Shown: positions 18,492-26,140 of the stretch, one piece after another
Position numbering within the stretch: position 1 is the first letter of the stretch
Layout: every line of letters starts with the position of its first letter
Assembly: GCF_029267515.1 (NCBI RefSeq)
Contig: NZ_JAJUIS010000009.1
Span: 41,747 to 105,746 of the forward strand
Source of the DNA: Seleniivibrio woodruffii
GTDB lineage: Bacteria; Chrysiogenota; Deferribacteres; Deferribacterales; Geovibrionaceae
Direction: 5' to 3'
DNA length: 64,000 nucleotides
Made by a program: the position numbers and the translations under genes
Notes under the pieces: model-generated
The model's database searches: none
What the model was told of the DNA's origin: nothing
What the model saw: only the letters and a program-made list of their open reading frames with translations

Positions 18492-18520
18492 GCCATACCC
18501 AAAAGGGTGTGGCTTTTTTT
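18492..18520. terminator. Bidirectional intrinsic terminator after tRNA-Leu
   Basis: An A-run, then GCCATACCC-AAAA-GGGTGTGGC, then a T-run. It can terminate transcription from either strand. Confidence 0.75.
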
Positions 18521-18727
18521 GTATTCTGCCTTGGTGTGACTCGAACGGATGCGAACTCCGACCGATAAGGAAGGATGAGCCGACAGGATGTCGGCGGAAG
18601 TGAGCAGACTGGTCTTTTTGGCTGGCTGTACGATGCAGGCAGACAAAAAACGAGTCCCCGCCGAAGGCATATAATGCTATAATATTGACAAACATAAAAC
18701 CTAACGTTATGCTAATTAAGAGGGTTT

Positions 18728-19342
18728 ATGGAACGTATTAACAAAAAAAAAGAATTTTACTACCCAAATGCGACACTTTATCTAGACGATATACAAGAAA
18801 TATATGGCGCTTTTATTAATAATTGCAAAGAAGCTAAATTAATATCTGGCGAATATTCAATTTCAGATATAGCAGAGCTGGAGCAATTAGTTAGCAAATT
18901 TCCAAACGGGAAATTTCCAAATATTCAAATTATTGGTTCGTCACCATATGCTAGATTAAATATTGAATGTAATTATTTAGGGTCTGAATTAAATGGTTCT
19001 GAAAAAGCTCATATTGAGAATAAGACAATAAAGATTTTATCAAATAGAAAGAACTTTTTTTATTATCTTGATTCCATAAATCCTTATTTATCAAGTTTAC
19101 TAATAATCTCTTCAATAATATTAAGCATGAGAAGTGGTGAACTTCACGTTATTTTGTATATATTGACTTTTGCTTCATTATTTATACCACTCTATACTAA
19201 AAGACGTTTTTTCCTATATACTCATGCAAAAGGAGAAAAGCCTTCATTTATATCTAGGAATAAAGACCAGTTAGTTTTGAATCTAATCATAATGGTACTT
19301 TCTTCATTATTCACTTGGGCAATTACTAAGTATACGCAATAA
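18728..19342 (+). CDS. Hypothetical membrane protein in an AT-rich islet
   Basis: 204 aa with a ~110-aa soluble N-terminus and 3 predicted TM segments. RBS AAGAGGG and two TATAAT boxes upstream. It is far more AT-rich than its neighbours, and I recognise no family. Confidence 0.55.
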   Translation: MERINKKKEFYYPNATLYLDDIQEIYGAFINNCKEAKLISGEYSISDIAELEQLVSKFPNGKFPNIQIIGSSPYARLNIECNYLGSELNGSEKAHIENKTIKILSNRKNFFYYLDSINPYLSSLLIISSIILSMRSGELHVILYILTFASLFIPLYTKRRFFLYTHAKGEKPSFISRNKDQLVLNLIIMVLSSLFTWAITKYTQ

Positions 19343-19412
19343 CCCTCCCCCGTTATTCCCCCTTGCCAACAAAAAAGCATGGTAATACACTGAGCCGGAA
19401 TGGAGGTGCGCC

Positions 19413-20147
19413 ATGCCAGATTACAACGAACGCTACAGACGGCAGATGATGATGAAGGATTTCACACCTGAAAAGCAGGACAAGCTGAAAAACGCTTCCG
19501 TTTTCGTGGGCGGAATCGGCGGACTAGGCGGTGCTACGGCGGCATACCTCGCCTGTGCTGGAATAGGCAGGATGGTGATATCCCATTACGGCAACCTCAC
19601 CGAAACAAACATGAACCGCCAACTGCTGATGGACATCAACCGCGTTGGCGAGCCCCGCGTTGACATTGCATATGAAAACCTCATGAAGATTAATCCTGAA
19701 ATGAAACTGGAGATGTACAACGTCCGGCTGGACGAAGAGAAGGCAAAGGAACTCATATCTGGCTGCAATATCGCCATGTCCGCACGACCGAACTTTCCCG
19801 AACGCCTTGCCATGAACAAGGCTTGCGTTGACCTGAACGTTCCCATGGTGGAAGCAGCCATGGACGATATGTACGGGTACCTCTTCACTGTCATCCCCTA
19901 TGAAACCGCGTGCCTCGCCTGTAATATGCCGGAAAATGACAAGGACTGGAAAGAGCTTGGGTTCGGCGTTCTCGGCGCTGTATCCGGCACGATAGGCTGT
20001 CTGGCGGCTGTTGAAATGATAAAAATCATTACAGGACACGGCGAACCGCTGAACGGGCGCATGATGCACATAGATTTCATGAAAATGCGCACGGTCATGC
20101 CGAAACTCAAGCGCAATCCCACCTGCCCCGTCTGTTCACATAAATAA
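19413..20147 (+). CDS. ThiF/MoeB/HesA-family E1-like adenylyltransferase
   Basis: GGIGGLGG nucleotide-binding loop and two CxxC pairs (CLAC..., CPVC). GGAGG RBS. Confidence 0.85.
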   Translation: MPDYNERYRRQMMMKDFTPEKQDKLKNASVFVGGIGGLGGATAAYLACAGIGRMVISHYGNLTETNMNRQLLMDINRVGEPRVDIAYENLMKINPEMKLEMYNVRLDEEKAKELISGCNIAMSARPNFPERLAMNKACVDLNVPMVEAAMDDMYGYLFTVIPYETACLACNMPENDKDWKELGFGVLGAVSGTIGCLAAVEMIKIITGHGEPLNGRMMHIDFMKMRTVMPKLKRNPTCPVCSHK

Positions 20148-20206
20148 GGTTGTAAATTCCTCTGCATACATTATGCTTATGGTATGATTTATTCGGAGGA
20201 ACAAAA

Positions 20207-21619
20207 GTGAGAAAAACCAAGATAGTTGCAACCATCGGACCCTCTTCATGCGATAAAGAAACCCTTTCACAGCTTATAGATGCGGGGCTGAACGTAGCCC
20301 GCCTTAATTTTTCCCACGGCACACACGAATCCCACGGAGAAATGATAGACACCATCCGCGAACTATCCGCGAAAAAGGGTGCCGCCGTCACCATTCTGCA
20401 AGACCTATGCGGTCCCAAGATACGTCTGGGCGTGCTGCCGACGGAGGGCGTTGCGCTGAAATCCGGTGAAACCTGCCTGCTGGCATCCGAAGAGCACGCG
20501 GGTGAAAATATCCTTCCCGTACAGTATCCGAACCTTTCGGAAGACCTCAGCGTAGGGGACAGAGTGCTCCTTGCCGACGGAGCGATGGAACTTAAAGTAG
20601 AAGCCATTGAAGGACATATCGTAACCTGCCGCATTTTGAACGGCGGGACTGCATACACGAAAAAGGGCGTTAACATGCCCTCGACAAACCTCAGCATCGT
20701 GGCGTTCACAGATAAAGACCGTGCCGATCTTATGTTCGGACTGGAAAAAGGCGTTGACGCGGTGGCACTGTCGTTTGTGCGCGGCGCGGCAGACCTCGTT
20801 AAGATACGCTCCATACTGGCGAAACAGTCCAATCCGCCGCTGTTGATAGCTAAAATAGAAAAGCCGCAGGCGGTGCAGAACATCGACGAGATACTCCCTA
20901 TGGTGGACGGAATAATGGTTGCCCGCGGCGACCTCGGCGTGGAGATGCCGCTTTATGACGTGCCGGTCATACAGAAACAGATAATCAAAAAAGCCCGCAA
21001 AGAGGGCAAGATAATCATAACCGCCACCCAGATGCTGAAAAGCATGGTTGACAACTTCCGCCCCACCCGCGCGGAGTGCACCGACGTTGCAAACGCAATG
21101 TTCGACGGCACATGCGCGATAATGCTTTCCGAAGAAACGGCTTCCGGCGCATACCCTGTGGAGGCGGTGAACGTTATGAACAAACTGGCGGAAGCGACCG
21201 AATCCCACATTAACTACGAAATGGGCGTTGACAGCTCATCCGACGGTGTTCACACAAAATCCGTTTCATGGGCTGTGGGACGCTCTGCAAGCTGGCTTGC
21301 TAAAGACCTTGGTGCCAAAGCAATCGTAGCCTACACTGAATCCGGCTTCACAGTCTCCTCCGTGGCGCGTTTCCGCCCCGTATGCCCCATCCTCGGACTG
21401 ACACCCAACGAGCACACATACCGTAAGCTGAACATATTCTGGGGAGTGATTCCCGGACACTGCGGCGGTTTCACGGATATTGACGAGCTTTTTGCCAACG
21501 CGGCGGAGTTCGCCGTTGCAAAAGGGCTGGCAAAATCAGGCGACAGAATAATAATAACCGCAGGAACGCCCCTCGGTGTACGCGGTTCAACAAATATGGT
21601 GAAGGTATTTGAAATATGA
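20207..21619 (+). CDS. pyk: Pyruvate kinase
   Basis: MRKTKIVATIGPS..., MVARGDLGVE and the full 470-aa architecture. GTG start with GGAGG upstream. Confidence 0.93.
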   Translation: MRKTKIVATIGPSSCDKETLSQLIDAGLNVARLNFSHGTHESHGEMIDTIRELSAKKGAAVTILQDLCGPKIRLGVLPTEGVALKSGETCLLASEEHAGENILPVQYPNLSEDLSVGDRVLLADGAMELKVEAIEGHIVTCRILNGGTAYTKKGVNMPSTNLSIVAFTDKDRADLMFGLEKGVDAVALSFVRGAADLVKIRSILAKQSNPPLLIAKIEKPQAVQNIDEILPMVDGIMVARGDLGVEMPLYDVPVIQKQIIKKARKEGKIIITATQMLKSMVDNFRPTRAECTDVANAMFDGTCAIMLSEETASGAYPVEAVNVMNKLAEATESHINYEMGVDSSSDGVHTKSVSWAVGRSASWLAKDLGAKAIVAYTESGFTVSSVARFRPVCPILGLTPNEHTYRKLNIFWGVIPGHCGGFTDIDELFANAAEFAVAKGLAKSGDRIIITAGTPLGVRGSTNMVKVFEI

Positions 21620-22032
21620 GAGAACTACACGATATCACAGGTTCGCTGTCGGTAACGATAATCGTATGTCTTGTCATTCTTGGCATGGCCGCGTTTCAGT
21701 ATGCCCAGATAAAGGGGATAGTAAACATCAAACGTCAATTGCTGGTAAAGCTGCATTTCTACCTTACGCCCGCTCTGTTCGCCGTTCTGCTGGTGCACTT
21801 TTTCACAACTGACAAGCGCCCGCTGGTGCTTCTTTCGGGGCTTCTTCTGCTGGCGGCAACAGCTCTCACAGGCATAGCCCTGAGGATGAAAAAACTGCGT
21901 GCGCACAGCTTTAAGCCAATGGTCTACATGAAGATTTTCCTGCTGTGCATTGCGCTTCTGCTAACTGCATACGGACACAACTCACTGGACGAGCACAGGC
22001 AGGACACCGCTTATCAGGACAAAACAGATTAA
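21616..22032 (+). CDS. Small integral membrane protein (4 TM), function unknown
   Basis: The ATG overlaps the pyk stop (ATGA). 138 aa with four hydrophobic helices. Confidence 0.55.
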   Translation: MRELHDITGSLSVTIIVCLVILGMAAFQYAQIKGIVNIKRQLLVKLHFYLTPALFAVLLVHFFTTDKRPLVLLSGLLLLAATALTGIALRMKKLRAHSFKPMVYMKIFLLCIALLLTAYGHNSLDEHRQDTAYQDKTD

Positions 22033-23047
22033 GCAGTTTCTGACGGCGCTCTTTCTTCTTTCGTTATTCTCCGCCGCACACGCAGCAGAAAGCTGGACGC
22101 TGGCGTTCTATCTTGCCGACGGGGTTAATTTCTACCGAGAACAGCAGGAGAATGTGCAGGAGATATGCCGGAATAAGCCGGAAAACGCTAACATCATCTT
22201 TTTTCATGACCGCAAAAAGAACAGCGACGACAGGTCGAACCTGAAAGATATCACCTATGTTTCCGACTGCAACGGATTCATCAATGTCTCAGGCATTTCC
22301 GAGAATTCATACAATATAGATACCCTGAAAGCCTTCTTTTCTTATGTACATAAAAACTACCCCGCGGACAGATATTTCTATTCCATAACTGCGCACGGGG
22401 TTCCGCCTTATATGAACGACAAAGGTTCCCTGAACGCATTGCAGATACGCGGCGCACTGAAAGGCATAGAACCGGACGTGCTGGGGCTTGACATGTGCTA
22501 CATGGGCAGCATCGAAAGCCTTCTGGTGCTTAACAACACGGCAGGATATATAGTCTCCGCATCCACCACCCTGCCCGCCAGCGGAAACGATTATGCCACG
22601 TTTACAGAGTATTTCGCGAAACATAAAGGCGTGTCTTCAAAGGATGCGGCACGGGCATACCTGAACGGCTATAAAGTATCATACAGCAGCGGCACCGAAC
22701 CACTCACTGTGTTCATAACAAAAACCGGAGATGAGCTTAACAGAACGGTCGGTCTATTCTACCAAAAGGTCAAAACGGCTGGCGTACGCCCTTACAACAG
22801 ACTGCCGGAAAGCGCAGTGACGCTGTTCGGCATAAACGGGGATTTCAAAGAACTTATGGACGCATATAAAATTGATTATAAGCGTGTTTTCACAGAGACT
22901 TACAGCATCAATTCATCACTTAAAGGTGCAGGCATCTATTTTCCTGTGCGCCGTAAAATCCTCAACGAAACTCTCTACGGTTACAGGCTTTCCCTTCGCC
23001 AGAACGGCATAAGAACTGAATGGGCAGACGTGCTTCGGCTGTATTAA
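22028..23047 (+). CDS. Secreted C11 (clostripain-like) cysteine peptidase homologue; start codon uncertain
   Basis: SWTLAFYLADG, AHG (candidate His) and GLDMCYMGS (candidate Cys) resemble the C11 dyad context. The frame is open from 21965 and encodes a signal peptide (KQFLTALFLLSLFSAAHA) upstream of the listed GTG at 22154. The only start-like codon with an SD (AGGA, 8 nt) is ATT at 22028. Confidence 0.6.
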   Translation: MKQFLTALFLLSLFSAAHAAESWTLAFYLADGVNFYREQQENVQEICRNKPENANIIFFHDRKKNSDDRSNLKDITYVSDCNGFINVSGISENSYNIDTLKAFFSYVHKNYPADRYFYSITAHGVPPYMNDKGSLNALQIRGALKGIEPDVLGLDMCYMGSIESLLVLNNTAGYIVSASTTLPASGNDYATFTEYFAKHKGVSSKDAARAYLNGYKVSYSSGTEPLTVFITKTGDELNRTVGLFYQKVKTAGVRPYNRLPESAVTLFGINGDFKELMDAYKIDYKRVFTETYSINSSLKGAGIYFPVRRKILNETLYGYRLSLRQNGIRTEWADVLRLY

Positions 23048-23090
23048 TCAGACATATTAAGTACAAAATATTCATTGATTTTTAACATCA

Positions 23091-23513
23091 GTGTCCGATA
23101 TTAAAGCAATGATGAAAACTCACAATACGGTCAGGATAGGCGGAAGCGTGATTCAGCACAGTGCCGATATCACAGACTCAGACCTTCAGCTTGTTTTCGA
23201 CTACCTTTTCCATAAGCAATGTTTCAGAATATGGGAGATGGGCGGAAAAAGCTGCCTGCGCACGGACTATACAATATATCCCGTATCGGCAGATAACCCC
23301 GAATCTCTCTGGCAGTTCGAATCGCTTACAGACAAGGCTTTTGTCCATATCGAAAAGACGTTCAATCTCCGCGAAATGCTGCGCATAGCATCAAAGGCAC
23401 TGACAGTGGCTCTGGCGCTGCGTATGCTTTCCGCCGATCTTCTGCCCGCATCGCTGGGGCATCACAGAGAGCAGGATAACATTATTATCCTGCAAAAACA
23501 GACGGCATTATAA
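23091..23513 (+). CDS. Hypothetical cytoplasmic protein (140 aa)
   Basis: ORF with a GTG start (alternative ATG at 23109), 44 nt after the peptidase gene. No recognisable motif. Confidence 0.4.
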   Translation: MSDIKAMMKTHNTVRIGGSVIQHSADITDSDLQLVFDYLFHKQCFRIWEMGGKSCLRTDYTIYPVSADNPESLWQFESLTDKAFVHIEKTFNLREMLRIASKALTVALALRMLSADLLPASLGHHREQDNIIILQKQTAL

Positions 23514-24084
23514 AAATACCGCTGTCGTTTTTCCGCCTGAGAATCTAAGCCGGAAACCAGCGGATACTGTATACGGTATACGATAATTTTGAACCAAGGA
23601 AAGGAAACGGCATATAAAAGAGCAAAAAATGCAGAAAGCCCGACACAATTTCATAAAACATTGTTTAATTTCAGACAACACAACGTTTTTTAAATATTTT
23701 TTCAAACAAACAGTTTTGAACACATGCAAATCATACTAATACGCATATAGTATTACGTCAAAACATACGATAGATACCCAAGAGTCTATATTATTATTAA
23801 TATTCAGATTTAAACGATTACATATTTAAAAGATATGAATTTAATAAAAAACATCCAAAATCTGAATCTACACTTTTGCGATTTTTGAAAACCGTTTGAA
23901 TCGGTGTTTTAAAAAAAATCAACTAAGAATCGTCTATTGCATTTAATTATTTTGTATGTATTTAGATACTAACGGTCACAAACACATTAATACAGACCGA
24001 ACTATTCATTATTTGCATACGTTTGAAGATTCCTATTATTGCTTACGTTTCAGATTTTCTAATTTTAACTTTTTGAGGTTTAAA

Positions 24085-25188
24085 ATGTCTGATAACACTC
24101 TGTTCAGCACAGGGCTCCACAGACGTGATTTCCTGCGTCTTACCGCAGGTCTGACCGCTCTGATGGGTCTTCCTTACGCTATGCACACAAAGGTTGCTGA
24201 GGCGGCCACAGCGGACAACAGACCGCCTGTAATCTGGCTTCATTTTCAGGAATGTACAGGCTGTTCCGAATCGCTTATCCGCTCCGGTCACCCGGATCCT
24301 GCGGCACTCATCCTCGACCTTATCTCGCTTGACTATCACGAAACACTGATGATAGGTTCCGGTCATCAGGCTGAAAAATCACTTGAAGACAGCATGAAGG
24401 CAAACTGGGGCAAATACATCCTCGTTGTTGAGGGCGCGGTTCCCCTTGCCGAAGACGGCATCTACTGCAAAGTGGCAGGCAAAAAAGCTGTGGACTCTCT
24501 TAAAGATGCAGCAGAAGGCGCTGCCGCTGTTATCTGCATCGGCACCTGCTCATCTTTCGGCGGTGTTCAGGCTGCAGACCCGAACCCCACACAGGCTGTA
24601 TCGGCTGCAAGCCTTGTTAAGGACAAACCCGTTATCAACGTTCCCGGATGTCCTCCCAGCCCCTATAACCTGCTTGCGACAATCCTTTACTATCTGACAT
24701 TCAAAAAACTGCCCAAACTCGACAAACTCGGCAGACCCGAATTTGCATACGGCAGAAGAATACACGAACACTGCGAACGCAGACCCCACTTTGATGCGGG
24801 CAGATTTGCCGAACAGTTCGGCGATCAGGGTCATTCAGAAGGCTGGTGTCTGTTCAAACTCGGCTGCAAAGGTCCCGTAACTTTTGCAAACTGCTCTGTT
24901 CAGCGTTTCAACGACGTTGGCGTATGGCCTGTTTCCATGGGTCACCCCTGCATAGGCTGTACAGAACCCGACGTTATGTTCCACACGTCAATCTATGACA
25001 AAGCACAGATTCACGAAATCACTCCGCCCGATTTCTACCCCAACGCCAACCCCGCACCCCGCGGAAAAGGTGCTGATCCGGTCACAACCGGCGTTATCGG
25101 TATGGTGGCAGGCGCCGCAATCGCTGCAAGTGCGATAATGGCGAACAAGCTGCCTAAAGGAGGGGATGATGAAGAAGACAAGGCGTGA
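24085..25188 (+). CDS. hybO: [NiFe] uptake hydrogenase small subunit (group 1, Hyb-type)
   Basis: Start set at ATG 24085 (GAGG RBS). Tat signal HRRDFLRL, VIWLHFQECTGCSES proximal-cluster motif and a C-terminal TM anchor. Confidence 0.92.
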   Translation: MSDNTLFSTGLHRRDFLRLTAGLTALMGLPYAMHTKVAEAATADNRPPVIWLHFQECTGCSESLIRSGHPDPAALILDLISLDYHETLMIGSGHQAEKSLEDSMKANWGKYILVVEGAVPLAEDGIYCKVAGKKAVDSLKDAAEGAAAVICIGTCSSFGGVQAADPNPTQAVSAASLVKDKPVINVPGCPPSPYNLLATILYYLTFKKLPKLDKLGRPEFAYGRRIHEHCERRPHFDAGRFAEQFGDQGHSEGWCLFKLGCKGPVTFANCSVQRFNDVGVWPVSMGHPCIGCTEPDVMFHTSIYDKAQIHEITPPDFYPNANPAPRGKGADPVTTGVIGMVAGAAIAASAIMANKLPKGGDDEEDKA

Positions 25189-26140
25189 TTTCCTGAAGAC
25201 TGCCGCCGCCGGCGGAGCGCTTATGCTCGCTCCCCTTTCAGCAAGCGCGCAGCAAGAAATCAAAGCCGATGACGAAGCCGTAGGCATGTTCTATGACTCG
25301 ACACTTTGCGTCGGCTGTAAGGCGTGCGTTTCAAAGTGCAAGCAGGTCAACGACATGGCGGCAGCACCTATGCCCGGCGACAACGACAGGGTATGGGACG
25401 CTCCCAATGACCTTGACTACCGCACAAGGAACATCATCAAACTTTACAAGGATGAACAGGATCCCACAAAGCACGCATATGTAAAATATCAGTGTATGCA
25501 CTGCATCAAACCTTCATGCGTTTCCGCATGTCCCGTTTCCGCAATGCAGAAAGAAGCAGGCACAGGTATTGTTTTTTATGACAAAAACATCTGCATCGGC
25601 TGCCGTTACTGTCAGGTTGCCTGTCCGTTCAACATTCCCAAATTTGAATGGCCGGAAACCTTCCCCAAAATAGTGAAATGCGACCTTTGCAAATTCACCA
25701 ACCTTAAACTGAAGAACATTCCCGCCTGCTGCGAGGTATGCCCCACGAACGCCGTTATCTTCGGCAAGCGCAAAGACCTTCTGGCAGAGGCGAAACGCCG
25801 TCAGGCAGAGAACCCCGGAAAATATGAGAAACATATTTACGGTGAGTTCGAAGTGGGCGGAACAAACGTTATCTACCTTGCGGGCACTTCATTTGACAAT
25901 CTCGGATTCCCCGAACTGGAAAAAGAATCCGCTGCTCTTATGTCCGAGCACGTTCAGCACACGGTATACAAAGGCTTCATAGCTCCCGTGGCGCTTTACG
26001 GTTTCCTTGCTTTCGTGGCGCTGCGCAACAGAAAATCCGCTGAGGAGGTTGCACACGAACACGAGCTTGAGCACGAACTTGAAGTGGAAATCGAGCACGA
26101 GCTGGAAAAAGAGAAACACGAGAAGGAGGGCAAACACTAA
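25166..26140 (+). CDS. hybA: Hydrogenase 4Fe-4S ferredoxin-type electron-transfer subunit (HybA-like)
   Basis: Tat signal KTRRDFLK, four Cys clusters (CVGCKAC, CMHCIKPSC, CIGCRYC, CDLC...CCEVC), a C-terminal TM helix and a His/Glu-rich tail. Overlaps hybO by 23 nt. Confidence 0.88.
   Translation: MMKKTRRDFLKTAAAGGALMLAPLSASAQQEIKADDEAVGMFYDSTLCVGCKACVSKCKQVNDMAAAPMPGDNDRVWDAPNDLDYRTRNIIKLYKDEQDPTKHAYVKYQCMHCIKPSCVSACPVSAMQKEAGTGIVFYDKNICIGCRYCQVACPFNIPKFEWPETFPKIVKCDLCKFTNLKLKNIPACCEVCPTNAVIFGKRKDLLAEAKRRQAENPGKYEKHIYGEFEVGGTNVIYLAGTSFDNLGFPELEKESAALMSEHVQHTVYKGFIAPVALYGFLAFVALRNRKSAEEVAHEHELEHELEVEIEHELEKEKHEKEGKH

Noticed and set aside
18560-18612. Possible SRP (4.5S) RNA: the + strand contains GGCGGAAGUGAGCAGAC and AAGGAAGGAUGAGCC, reminiscent of the conserved GGAA tetraloop / AGCAG motif.
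   Set aside because: The 5' side lacks the matching AGG symmetric-loop strand. The nucleotides flanking either GGAA cannot form the short apical stem. A perfect 7-bp hairpin occupies the place where helix 8 should be. This is not a canonical SRP RNA by hand folding, and only a covariance-model search could revive the idea.
21616-23047. Programmed +1 frameshift fusing the 4-TM protein to the C11-like domain.
   Set aside because: The downstream frame starts with a complete signal peptide (n-, h- and c-regions) and has its own SD-like AGGA, which fits independent initiation better. I saw no slippery or shifty motif at the junction.
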